Assembly: GCF_008831285.2 (NCBI RefSeq)
Contig: NC_045138.2
Coordinates: 30,876,001 to 30,940,000 of the forward strand
Reading direction: 5' to 3'
Length of the DNA: 64,000 bases
Source: Nymphaea colorata
Taxonomy: Eukaryota
Shown piece by piece: positions 49,855 through 63,089 of the stretch; within the stretch, counting starts at the first letter, position 1, and each line of letters starts with the position of its first letter. The position numbers were made by a program, and so were the translations under genes. The notes under the pieces are model-generated. The model was not told the DNA's origin. It was given only the letters and a program-made list of their open reading frames with translations, and made no database searches.

Positions 49855-52800
49855 GTGGATCTAGATGAATTGTCTTATTTGATCTGAAAATTGATTTGGA
49901 TCATGTTGCAGTTCTCGATCAGTTGTCTCATCTAATCTAGAAATTCTTGAGATTGGATTGGCTTGCTGGTGTAGATAAGCAAACTTATTTATTCGAAGGT
50001 TATTGGATTGGCATCTAGTTGTTTGCCTAGATCAGTAGTGATACCTAAACCAAAAATTGTAAAATTTAGATCTGGTTTAAGGGTGATGAATTCCAATAAG
50101 CACTTGGCCCTCAATTGATCTCGATTAGTTGACTTATCTAATCCAAAAATTGTAAATTTGGATCATGTTGTGGCTTCGGATCAGTGGCCTTGTCAAATCT
50201 AGAAATTGTTGGGTTTGGGTTGCATTGTTGGTGTAGATCAGTGAACTTAGTTGATCTGAAAATAATAGGATTGGCATCTAGTTGTTGATATGGATCAGTG
50301 GTCTTACCTGAGCCAAAACTTGGTGAATCTGAATTAGGATTATGGGAGACGAATTCCAATAAACACATGGTCCTCAACCAATTGAAAGTTTCACAAACAG
50401 TTGCACTAACCATTTTTCTTTCTGAAGGAAACTCAGGATGAAACAATATATAAGCATGCAAATTTTTTTATTAAAGGATTGTTGAATTTGCATATTGTTG
50501 TGGGTCTAGATCAGTGGTCTTGTCGAATCAGGAAATTATTGGATTTGAATAAAGTTGTAGGTTAGCAGTCTTGGATGTGATTGTGGGATTGAATAGTAAC
50601 ATTTTATCATCCAAAAATTGTTTTAGAGGACTAGATCAATGGTCTTATCTTATCCGAAAATTGTTAAATTTGAATTAGATTGTGGGTTGAAATCAGTACC
50701 CTAATTTGATCAAAAATTTGTTGCATTTTGGATCTAGTTGTGGGTTTGGATCAGTGGTCTTGTCTAATCCACAAACTGTTGGATTTGGGTGAGTTTGTGA
50801 ATGTGGGTCAGTTGTCTTATATGATCCTAAAATCGTACATTGGTAGGTATTGTGGCTCAAGATTAATGGTCTTATCTGATCTGAAAATTGCCCCGTTTGG
50901 ATACAGTTGTAGGACTAGACCAATGGTCTTATTTGGTCAGTAAAATTTGTGGAATGAGATCTAGATGTAGATCAAGATCAGTGGACTTATATGATCCAAA
51001 AACAGCTGAACATTTATTTGATTAGGGGTGATGATTGATGAATTCCCATAAACACTAGGTACTCAACTGATTAGAAGTTCATAAATAGTTTAAATTAAAC
51101 ATTTATCTCAAAAAGGAAAACTCGGGATAAAATAGTCAATATACATGCAAATTTAATTATCCAAGATTGGCTGGATTTGGATCTTGTTGCTCGTCTTGTC
51201 TGAACCAAAACTTATTGTGTTTGGGTCTCGTAGTAGATTTGGAACAGTTGTCTTATCTGATCCTAAAATTAGAGATTTGGATTGAGTTGCATTATGGATG
51301 AGTGGTCTTATCTAATACAAAAATTGTTGGATTTGGACTTGGTTGTCAGTGTAGATCAACGAATGTAGGTTTAGATCAGTGGTCTTATTTGATCCGCAAA
51401 TTGTTAAGCTTGAATATGATTGTGGGCCGAAATCAATAGCCATAGTTGATCAAGAATTTGTTGCATTTTGGATCTAGTTGTGGCTCGGATCAGTGGCCTT
51501 GTCTAATCCACAAATAGTTGGACTTGGGTGAATTTGTAAATGTGGATCAGTTGTCTTATCAGATCCTAAAATTGTAGATTTGGTTGGTATTGTGGTTCTA
51601 GATCAGTGGTCTTATCTGATCTAGAAATTGTTGCATTTGGATACAGTTGTAGGATTAAACCAATGGTCTTATCTGGTCTATAAAATTTGTGGAATGAGAT
51701 CTACATGTGGGTCTGGATGAGTGGTCTTATCTGATCCAAAAATAGTGGAACATGTATCTTATTAAGGGTGAGAATTCCCATAAACACTAGATCCTAAACT
51801 GATTGAAAGTTCCATAAACAGTTTGTGTTACCCATTTCTCTGTCCAATGAAAACTAAGGACAAAACAGCCTGAAAATTTTTTGATCCAAGAATTGGTTGA
51901 TTTGGATCTTGATGCGCCTGGATCAATGGTCTTGTTAGATCCATAAATTGTTGGGTTTGGGTTGCATTGACCATCTAGATCAATGAACTTATTTGATCTG
52001 AAAATTATAGGAATTGCATCACCTTGACCATCTAGATCAATGAACTTATTTGATCTGAAAATTATAGGAATTGCATCACCGAAAATTGTTGAATCTAAAT
52101 CTGAATCTAGTTTAGGGGTGACAACTTCCAATAAACACATGGTTCTCAACCGATTGGAAGTTTCGCAAGTTGTCGTAATTAATCTTGAAATTGTACATTT
52201 GGATCATGTTGTGGTTTTGGATCAAATGTCTTATCTGATCTAAAATTTGTTCGGTTTGAATTTGGTTGTCGGTATAGATCAGTGAACTTATTTGATCCAA
52301 AAATTACAAGATTGGCAACTAGTTATTTGTCTAGATCAATGGTCTTACATGGTCCCCAAATTATTAAATTTGAATCAGGTTTAAGTGTGACAAATTCCAA
52401 TAAGCACTTGGTCCTCAACCGATTGGAAACTTCACAAACAGTTGCATTAACCATTTCTCTTTTCAAGAAAAACTCATGAAGAAACAACTTGTATGCATGC
52501 AAATTTTTTGATCTAGAAATTGTTAAACTTGCATATTGTTATGTGTCTAAATCAGTGGTCTTGTCCAATCAAGAACTTGATGGATTTAAATCTAACTAGA
52601 CATCAGGGGTCCTGGATGTGCCTGTGGTTTTGAATGGTAACTTATATGATCCAAAAATTGTTTTGCTTGGATATAGTTGCAGGTTCAGATAGTGGTTTTA
52701 TCTTATCCAAAAATTGATAAATGTGGATCTGATTGTGGGTCTAAATCAACAACCTTATTTGATTAGAATTTGTTGCATTCAGATCTTGTTGTGGGCTTGC

Positions 52801-54960
52801 ATCAGTGACCTTGTTTGGTCTACAAATTGTTCGATTTGGGTGAGGTTAGGGATCTGGATCAGTTGTCTTGTCTGATCCTAAAATTGTAGATTCGGATTGT
52901 ATTGTGGTTCAGGATCAATGGTCTTATCTAGTCCAAAAATTGTTGCATTTGGACACAATTGTAGGTCCAGACAAAAGATTGTTTCTAGTCCATAAAATTT
53001 GTGGAATAGGATAATAGATGTGGCTTTGGATCAGATGTCTTGTCTTGTCTGATCCAAAAATAATTTTTCATAAATAGTGATGAATTCCCATAAACACAAG
53101 GTCGTCAATTGATCCAAGAATTGGTTGACTTGGATCTTGATGTGCCCAAGGATCAGTGGCCTTGTTAGATTTAATTGTTGGGTTTTAGTCTCGAAGTGGA
53201 TCTGGATCAGTTGTCTTATCTAATCCTAAAATTGTAGAGTTGGATCATGTTTCGGTTCTAGATCACGTTTCGATTCTAGATTAATGGTCTTATCTGATCT
53301 AAAAATTGTTGGATTTGGATTTGGTTGTCAGTGTAGATCAATGAACTTATTTGACATGAAAATTATGGGATAGACATCTATTTGTTAGTCTGAACCAATG
53401 ATCTTACCTAATCCAAAAATTGTTGATTTTAGATCAGGTTTAAGTGTGACGAATTCCAATAAACACCTTGTCCTTAAAGGATTGGAGGTTTCGGAAATTG
53501 TTGCATTAACCATTTCCCTTTCCCAGGGAAACTCAAATGAAACAATCCATTAGCATGCAAATTTTTTGATCGAAGAATTGCTAAATTTGCAAACTATTGT
53601 GGGTCTAGATCAACGACCTTGTCTGATCAGGAAATTATTGAATTTGAATCAAGTTGTAGGTGAGCAGTCTTAGATATGATTATGGAATTGAATAGTAACT
53701 TTATATTATCCAGAAATTGTTTTATTTGGAAATAGTTGTGGGTCTAGATGAGTGGACTTATTTGATTCGAAAAGTGTCAAATTTGAATCTGATGGTGGGT
53801 AGAAATCAGTAGTCTTGTTTGATCCAGAATTTGTGCATTAGGACCTTTTGCGAGTTTGGATTAGTGGACTTGTCTGATCCACAAATTGTTGGATTTGGGT
53901 GAGTTTGTGAATGTGGATCAGTTGTTGTCTTATCTGATCTTAAAATTGTAGACCTGGATGGTATTGTGGTTATAAATAAGTGGTATTGTCTGATCTGAAA
54001 AATGTTGCACTTTGATGCAACTGTAGGTCTAGACTAGTGCTCTTATCTAGTCCACAAAATTAGTGGAATGAGATCTAGATGTGGGTTTAGATCAGTGGTC
54101 TCTTATCTGATCAAAAAATAATGGAACATGTATCTTATTAAAGGTGATGCATTCCCATAAACAATAGGTCATCGATTGATCCAAAAAATTGTATTATTTT
54201 GATATAATTGTAGGTCTAGATCAATGGTTTTATCTGATCCAAAAATTGTTAAGTTTGAACCTGGTTGTAGATCGAAATCATTAGCCATAGTTGATCCAGA
54301 ATTTGTAGCATTTCGGTTCTAGTTGTGAGTTTGGATCAAGGGTCTATCTGACCCAGAAATTGTTGCACTTGGATGCATTCTAGGACTAGACTAATGGCCT
54401 TATCTGGTCTATAGAATTTGTGGAATGGGATCTAAATGTGGATCTGGATCAGTAGTCTTATCTGATTGAAAAATATTAGAACATCTATCTTATCAAGGGT
54501 GAGAATTGGCATGAACACTAGGTCCTAAACTGAGTGGAAGTTTCATAAACAATTTGCATTACCCATTTCGCTTTCCAAGAAAAACTAAGGACAAAACAAT
54601 TTATATGCCTGCAAATTTTTTGATCCAAGAATTGGTTGATTTGGATCTTGGTGCATCAGGATCAGTGGTCTTGTTAGGTCCATAAAATTGTCAGGTTTCG
54701 ATTGAGTTGACCGTGTAGATCATTAACTTATTTAATCTGAAAATTATAAGATTGGCATCACCAAAAATTGTTGAATCTAAATCTGCTTTAGGGATGACAA
54801 ATTCCAATGAACACATGGTCCTCAACCGATTGGAAGTTTCGCAAACGACTGCATTAACCATTTCTCTTTTCGAGGAGGAAACAATACATATGCACTCAAA
54901 TTTTTTTATCCAGAAATTGTTGAATTTGCATACTATTGTGGGTCTAGATATGTGGTCTTT
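49855..54960. repeat. ~5-kb degenerate tandem array of a 57-bp GATC-punctuated palindromic monomer with periodic spacer modules (higher-order repeat of ~1 kb)
   Basis: Approximate consensus GGATCTAGTTGTGGGTCTAGATCAGTGGTCTTATCTGATCCAAAAATTGTTGGATTT. TGGTCTT recurs at 51607, 51664 and 51722. An exact 57-bp duplication lies at 51967-52080. The spacer AATTCC(A/C)ATAA.CAC..GGTCCTCAAC... recurs about 11 times. Confidence 0.9.
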
Positions 54961-55194
54961 AGGGGTAAAAAAGAGGCCGAGCAACTCAAGCTTGGCTTGA
55001 AATCAAGTTCAAGCCGGCTATTTTAATAAGCGAGTCGAGCTCGAGATCATTTTTCGACTCGAATTTGTCCATCACATTTCATTTCATCCAGCGCTTTCTC
55101 TCCTCTCTTTCTTCTTCTTCTTCAATGCTTCATCTAAATGCTAGACACCATGGTCACCCTTCTTATTTGCTGCAAAGCTACTACGCCAATGAAG

Positions 55195-55235
<41 letters not shown>

Positions 55236-55735
55236 GATCTAAGTTTGAGTCAAGGGTTTCATATTATGAAATCCTTGCTTGTTGAAGCATGGCTTTCTTT
55301 CTTCAAAACCATTGCTCTGGATTTCAAAACAACATGGCTCGCAGCGAGTGAGGGATGCGCATTCTTAGTCAAGCCGAGTTCAAGTTCACTGGACTCTAAT
55401 GTTTTAAGCTCGACTTGGCTCGAGCAAAATTTTTTCCATATTACATTTCATTTCATCCAACGTTGTCCCTCTCCTTTCTTCTTCTTCTTCAATGCTTCAT
55501 CCAAATGAAAAGAGTCTTCAATGCTTCATCTAAATGCTCGACACCATCCCCGCCCTTCTCATTTGTTGCTGCAAAGCCACTATGCCAATCAAGGTACCTT
55601 TCTCTCGCTCTCTCCAACTCCGAGTCAAGGGTTTCATATTCTGAAATCCGCGCTTGCAGAAGCAAGGGTTTCTTTCTTCAAAACCATTGCTTTGAATTTC
55701 AAAACACCATGGCTCGCAGTGAGTGAGGGATGAAA
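54960..55735. mobile_element. hAT-like element end containing an internal ~370-bp tandem duplication
   Basis: Starts TAGGGGTAAAA followed by CTCGAG/CTCGA motifs. 55065-55357 repeats at 55432-55732 (ACATTTCATTTCATCCA...CAAGGGTTTCATATT...ATGGCTCGCAG.GAGTGAGGGATG). The right terminus was not identified. Confidence 0.55.
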
Positions 55736-57146
55736 CCTTCACTCGCTAGAATGAAAGCAACGACTGTGAGGGAAGAAACCCGCAAGCAAGGGTTTCATAT
55801 TTGAATCCCTGAAACCTTCGCTCATTGGAGGAAGAGGTTCAAATCCAAAACCCTTGCTCAGCAAAGGGTTTCAAATCAATCTGAAACGCTCACTTAGAAA
55901 AGGCTGGTGCAGGAGCGAGGGTTTTCTGGTTCATGAAAACGCTGGTGCAGCAAGTGAGGGTTTCATATTCACCTTGCTCACTTATCATGAGTGAGGGTTC
56001 CTTGAAAACCCAAAGTTATAAAATCAATATATGTCATTTGATTCCTCTTTTTCCACAAATCCTCTGCTGCCATCTCCTTCCACGGCAGCAGCATGCTCGC
56101 TGCCGTCTTCGTCCATAGCCTACTGCAACACACCTACGAGCTGTGACACGCTTGATCGAGCTGAGCTATAGCTCCAGGCCAAAATTTACAATAGATCTGT
56201 GGCTGTGGCCATTCTTCTAATGTGATGCTTGATGGCCTAGTCAGTCTCCAAGTTTACACCACATCAAAGATTTCTAGTTTATCATATTTACCATGTTAAA
56301 TAAGGAATTTAGAATAGCAAAGGCCATTGCATACTTGGTGGTTTACAAGGTGACATCAAGGTTCTTAAATAACATAACCACAGAAGCAGTCAAGTGGTGG
56401 TTGATTCATATCAAAAACTGCACAAGTCCAACCTTGTGTCCATGCGCTAATCCATACAGGGTTTGAATGCCATTTGGTTAAGCCATTTGGTTATTTTGCA
56501 TTAAAACAGTTGTAATTTCTACTTCAAAAATGTGAAAAAGTGATGCAAACCTAACTAGTCCTCAGATGTGAATTTCTTACTAGACAAAATCAAAATCAAA
56601 AGTCAAATGGCAACACCAAAGAAAGCTCATTGGTTGTAGCGACAGATTTGCTAGGAAACCAGAACAGATGGAAAAGTGCTAAAAGGATGTATTTCAAGGC
56701 TGCATTTAACACGTAAAATGAGAGACAAAGAGAGACCGTTATATCTCATGAGCAGCAGAAACACTAAATAATTTATTCCAAGACAGTATTGCTTGGCTGA
56801 AGTGTACAAACATAGTTAAGAAAAGCATCAACCGATCTACTCCTCACATATACACAATTTTTAACAGAATGAGCCAGATAACAATTTAAACATGATTCAA
56901 CTTGTATGGAATATCATTCTAAGCAGCAAAACTATAAGACAGCAAAATTTTAACTTAGAAGTAAGTGCCCAAAACCAAGAATAAGTTTATACTAGAAGCA
57001 AGTGCAACATAGTTATCTTTTTAACAGCATGCTGCTAAAAATAAATAACCATGAAGAAACATAACAGCATATGAAATGAAAGCAAACATGAGCTGCTGTT
57101 GGAGCAACTGCTCTTGGGTGAAAGTTGTTCCTATTGCAATCCTCAC

Positions 57147-57508
57147 CTGGATGCTGCACCGGTGGCAACTCACCTTCTAGGTTGGCTATGTTTGACATCC
57201 AATTTGCTGTAAGTGCCCCCATATCAGACAATATCCTGCAATTTGGAAACTTTCATTCAAACAAAAAACCCATGATATCACCCAACTCACTGAACCAAAG
57301 CAACACAAACTACTCAATCTTGTTCATCATAAGAGTACCCTTACACCGGTGCCAACGCAGCTTCTGGGCTGACGGTGCTTGACATCCAATCTGCTAAAGG
57401 TGTTTGCATATCAGACAATATCCTGCCATTTGAAAAAAAATCATTCAAACAATAAGCCCAGGATATCACCAAACTCATTGAATCAAAGGAACACAAACTA
57501 GTCAATCA
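57147..57508 (-). other. Tandem duplication (~188-bp offset) carrying two putative small exons (57345-57422 and 57147-57235)
   Basis: Both units have GCAG|GATATTGTCTGATATG acceptors on the minus strand and GTAAGG or GTGAGG donors. They read ILSDMQTPLADWMS... and ILSDMGALTANWMS... in compatible phase across a 109-nt intron. The duplication is certain; exon status is inferred. Confidence 0.45.
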
Positions 57509-58746
57509 AAGTTGAAACCCTTAGAGAGAGGGAGAGAGCATAAAAAGCGAGGAGGATCACCAACAGGGAGAGAACAAACCCTACACACGACACAAATAAA
57601 AGTAGTAACAGTTATCATGAAAACTAGACCAGGCTACCAGCAAAATCAAAATAGGAGAAAACAAAGTTAAAAATGAACACCAACATATCCGAACCAGGCC
57701 CAAGAACAGGCATCCGTGATGAACTCAATCCCAACAACAGAAATCAGCAAAAGCACGAATAATCAGAAAAGTGCTAAAAATCACCAAAGTATGCTACCCA
57801 ACAACAGAATTCGCACAAGAAAGGAAACAAACACCGAATCGAAGATAATAAAATGCAGTCGACTGCACTTATGAGAACACCCAAAAAGGAATACATGAAA
57901 ACCCGACAAAACTTCTATTCTGCCACTACGCATAGAAGTTGCCGGGAGGAAGAGAAGGGGAACAGACATAGTGAGGAGCCCTAATGTTGGTAAACAGCAC
58001 AAGGAAAAACCTCATAAATTTCAACCCCCCCCCCCCAACCCACCTTCTTTATTTTTCCCATCGGCAACCATCGTAAACAGTGATCGGCCGATGGGCGATG
58101 GCTGCCGGTGGAACAGAAAAGGGAGCGCGAGACGGTGATAGGCTATTCGCTGTTCGGCTACCATCTACCCACAACAGAGAGAGAGAGAGAGAGAGATATA
58201 CCTGAGTAACCTGACGCCTGAGGCCGACCGGACACTGCAGTCACTGGAGCTTCCGAGGTATGGACGCCGGACGGGAGGTCGACCGTCGGAGAGTTGGAGG
58301 AAGCGGCGGCCGGCCAGGGAGAGCGGTAGTCGGGAGGGAAGAACTCGACGAAGGTCGGAGACGAGGCAAGGCAAGGCGACGGAGGATTTGATGACCACCG
58401 AGGAGAAGAGTGAAGAAAGAATTCCCGCCGCCGCCCGATCGTTCGACACATTTGGAAAGCTGTTTAATATTTAAAAAAGGAGTTCTGCGAATCGTTTCTT
58501 GCAACAACTCGAACCGAGTTCAGTGAAGTCCAACTCCATTCCGCTTATATAAACCACTCGGGTCATCAACTCGTCCATGATTAAGAAGAAGACTCGACTT
58601 GACCTCGAGCCAAGTTTTAATGAGTTTAACTTTTAGTTCCATGAAAATTATTGGGCGGCTTTAGCTCGCACATAGCCAAATGCAATACATTGTGTTGTGT
58701 GTGTGAGTGGCGTGGGACTTCTACGGCCATACCTTGACTATAGAAA

Positions 58747-58789
<43 letters not shown>

Positions 58790-59507
58790 AGGCAAAGCAG
58801 CTATGAAGTGAAAAGATAGATGAATGTTTTATTGGCATAAACTGTTAAATAATTTACTTCTTAATGCATCTAGATGATTATGATAGCCCCTTGAATAAGA
58901 AGAGCATAACTTTTTAAAAACATTTGCTTTTAAAGGATAACTAAGCCATAAGAAGGACATGGTTTTTGTTGTAATACTGAAATAATGAATATTATGGGGC
59001 GTTTGACTGCCTTGAATTTTGATTCTAAAGTTAGAATTTTTGAAATAAAATTCCACCTCAACTGGAATTGAAATGAAAATTTCAGTTCTAGTTTCTCTTT
59101 GTGTTTGATGGTTTGAAATTTTGGTTCTAAAACTGAAATGATGTGCTTGGAAACTAAAATTTAGAATGGACAACTTAAAAGCATCTTGATATGTGCCTTA
59201 AATGAAGACGAAAATATTCTAAATTTCCAAATCATAATTCAACCCCTAGTGTGTAATCACAATTCTGAAATTTTGTTTCAAGAATAAACCTATAATTTCA
59301 TAATCAAATTTTTTTTTTGTTTCATAATGCAATTTTCATTTCATCAAAACTGAGAATTTTAATTCTAAGATACTACAATTCCAATCTCATCTTTATTGTT
59401 TAGTTTCAATCGTATTGACATGTTCGCATGGATGCTTTCTTATTATTATTTGGGATTCAACAATTCTTGTGTTTTTCCCAATGATATATATATATATATA
59501 TATATAT

Positions 59508-59538
<31 letters not shown>

Positions 59539-60319
59539 TTTTCTGATGTGGTGCGTTTAAGATTCTAAACCGGCAGGTTTAAAGACCATTACGTTTTCAC
59601 CGGTGCCTGCATCAAAGTAACGTGGGGGCATTTATTGTATCGCAAGTGTCTCGTGTTAACGTTTAGTAAAATCGGATTCAATTGAGAACAAGGAAAAGTC
59701 ATATTTGAATCTAAATTTGAAATCTGATTTTACAATTCAAATCCAATTTTTATATTTATATCTAAATCCGAATCTAAAATTTGAACCAAATTTTGTAAAT
59801 TTTCAAAATGCAAGAGCATTAGATGGACATTTGTTTAAAAATAAATCTGATCTGAATTTGTATCTAAATCCGATCAGATCTTTATATGCATATCTGAATT
59901 CATTCAGATGTCATTTCTTAAATCCAAACAAAACATGATCCGATTTCTTAGGATATTAAATTTTTCTCCATATCCGATTTTTTTGTTGGATCGGTCGAGC
60001 CAAATATCCGGTCTAAAATGAAATACATTGGCATCTCCAACTTTAATGCTAGTCAAGGTTGTGGACTTTTTTTGTGTAGTTTGTCATAAGGTGGCAACCT
60101 ACTCATAATAAAGGCCCATTCTTTTTGCTGTTTTTAATAGGAGAAACTAGGGCAGTTAGACTAAGTTGCACTGTCATTTGCTCTTTAACTGGAAAGGCTT
60201 ATGCATGTTTTCGCCTTGGGCGGTGAGTGAGTACTTTCAAAATAGTAGTAGAGCTACATATAAATTGGTGCGGGCAACTAGCTATATATAGGCTGGCGTG
60301 GGCAGTTGCCTCATATTTC

Positions 60320-61902
60320 TCGTCGACACACGGCTAGACCAACCAACTATTATTTTGCATTTCAATTCTTTGTAAGACTACACCTAGGGAAAAACAGTGG
60401 TGCTGACTCTACTTGTAGAGGTAGGAGAAAGGTTTTTTAGGGGTCATTTGGGAATATTAATAATATGTTATTGTTTCATCTATCAGACCTAAAATGTGGG
60501 GTTAGATTTACGAAACATTTTTTAAAGTATCAAATAAATCAAACTAATTTTTGGGTTAGATGATAAGGTAGTTTACTATTTCCAAACAGCCCCTAAGGAC
60601 CTGTTTGATAATAATAAACAATATTATTATTTTGAATCTGTCTCAATTTTTAGAATGAGACAGTGACAACATGTTACTTTTACCAAACAGCGGCTAAAGC
60701 AACCATATGTGAACTCCCTCTTGTCATGCTTTGTCAAAGCTGTCTACATGTTGTTACCTTCCTAAAATACCCAACTCTCTCCTTTTCTTATCCCGTGCAT
60801 ATATGTTGCATTCATCACTAGGGACATGCCCTTGTCATGTTGTATGTCCATCACGGTCAGGGGCAGAGCCAAAGGGGGTCCGGCAGGGCCTTGGCTCCCA
60901 CTAAAAAAAAAAATTTATATGTAATGTTTAAAATAATACATTTATCCTATATAAAAATTTTAAAAAATTATATTTTGGCCCATGTTAAAATTTTGAAACT
61001 ATAATTTGGCTCCATTGAAGAAAAACTCCTGAGTAGAACTATGGACTTGGGTTCAAATATAACAGACTGTGTTTGAGTCGATCCGACCAAGCAGCCGTGC
61101 CACCTGATGATCAGCGTGCCCTGTAAGTCGTTTGATGGGTCGATACATGCTGATATTTATCGTCAACACGTGGTTAGACCAACCAACCATTCTTTTACAT
61201 TTCAACTCTTTGTAAGACTACAACTAGGGAAAAAGAGTGGTACTGACTCTACTTGTTGAGAAAGGTTTTTATGGGGTTGTTTGGGAATATTAATAATATG
61301 TTACTGTTTCATCCGTAGACCTAAAAAGTGTGGTTAGATATACGAAATATTTTTTAAAGTGTCAAATGAATCAAACGAATTTTTGAGATAAGGCCGTTTA
61401 CTATTTCCAAACGGCCTATAAAGGCCTCTTTCGCAACAATAACACAATATTATTGTCTCATAAATCTGTCTCAGTTTTTGGAGCACATTCATCAAATCAA
61501 ACAGAACAACATGTTACTTTTACCAAACAGCCTCTAAAGCAATCATATGTGAACTCCCTCCTGTCATGCTTTGTCATGCTTGGCCGAAGCAGCCTGCATG
61601 TTGCTAGCTCCCTAAAATATCCCAACTCTCTCATTCTTTTGTACAGTGCATATCTGTTGCATGCATGCATAACGTGCGACATGCCCTTGAAAACATGAGA
61701 AGTTGTACGTCCATCGAAGTTAGGGGCGGAGCCGAGGGGGTCCGGCAGGGGTTTTGGCCACCACTAAAAAAAATTATAAGTAATTTTTAAAATAATACAT
61801 TTATTCTATATAATAATTTTGAAAATTTAATATTTTAGCCCATGTTAAAATTTTGAAACTATAATTCTAGCCCACTCAAGAAAAAATCCTACTCCGCCCC
61901 TA
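60320..61902. repeat. Tandem segmental duplication (~840-bp offset) of a MITE stack: two Tourist-like elements plus a hAT-type MITE
   Basis: 60321-61031 aligns with 61161-61890 (TAGACCAACCAAC...TTTGTAAGACTACA.CTAGGGAAAAA.AGTGGT.CTGACTCTACTTGT...). Each unit has GGGGT..TTTGGGAA...TTCCAAAC TIRs and a (C/T)AGGGGC.GAGCC-ended hAT MITE. In copy 1 the Tourist-like TIRs are flanked by TTA/TAA. Confidence 0.85.
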
Positions 61903-63089
61903 AGGCCTTTGATCTATTAACATCTTCATTTGTTTTGTTTGAGTTTCTAGAAGATGCCCAAAGGACAGAGGTGGTTAGCTTGTGTTTTGTAGTTAAAAAA
62001 TAAAAATAAAAAACGATGCATTATCCTTGATCGCAATTTAACATATATATAATATATGAGTTTTTGTATTTTCGGTCCGTTTAATTAATACCTACGTGAT
62101 CCAATTTCCAAGATTCAAAGCTTACTAATTCAAATAAAATATCACTTTGATGATGTTTTATAAGTTAAAAGGTTTGAATATTTGAATTTTGAAGTGTAAG
62201 GAAATCCTTACTCTCCCTTCAGCAAAATTTCGCTTACAAATTGCAAAACTTTTTCTTATGTTGAATTTTTAGATTTTTGGTCTATCGACTCGTGAGAAAT
62301 ACTGTATACGTTCTCTATACTAAACTTACTAAAACATCCGTGCCTTCTTATCTATTGACAAAATCATCCCTCACAACTGCACGACTCGCTTTTCCGGTCA
62401 ATTTAGTGGTCGTGTTTGCCTAAAATGATGAGCTGTTCCACTGTTTTTACCACAAACGGACGTCCCTTTCGTTTTGGTCTCCTTTTTCCATAGAGAGGGG
62501 TATTTTAGTCATTTTGTACTTAAAAATTTTCTTGATTTTTTCTTGCTCGAGGAAAAATGGAGGAATTAAAAAGTTGTGAAAAGAGAGGGAAGGTAACAAA
62601 TTAAAAATTGACCAATAAAGCGGAACTCTTAAGAAAAATACGTCATTTGTGACATGAGCACGTTTGGAAGCGCATGTACCGAGGACATGATATTGCCTCA
62701 CAATTTTTTTTTGCATGAGAGTTGTATGTCATGGGAGAACGGAAGATCTGCATAAAAGTGGAAAGATCATTCAGATTGTTTGTTAAAGAAAGAGAGATCA
62801 AAGATCATTCAGATTGCCTGTTGCAGAGAGTGAGATCAGAGGCTAGTTTGATGCATGAGAGTTTTGCTTCCTGTAAATCATTTTTTTGTGTGTTCATATC
62901 ATTTTGTTGAAACTATTGGCAGATTTAGATTTACTAATCTATTAATGGGTTAATAGATATTGTCCCACTCAGATGAATCTGATAAAAAAAAATTTAAAAA
63001 AAATAAAAAATTGACTTCGTTAGGATTTCGATTCACCATGCAGTTGGACGACAAAACCTGAATTCGATCTGGTATCCAACTGTTAACTG

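Noticed and set aside
49855..54960. 57-bp array as a CRISPR array or as a 19-aa repeat protein gene
   Set aside because: There are no unique spacers between identical repeats, no cas genes, and the context is eukaryotic. Several frames of the consensus are open by chance, and frequent indels and stops break every frame.
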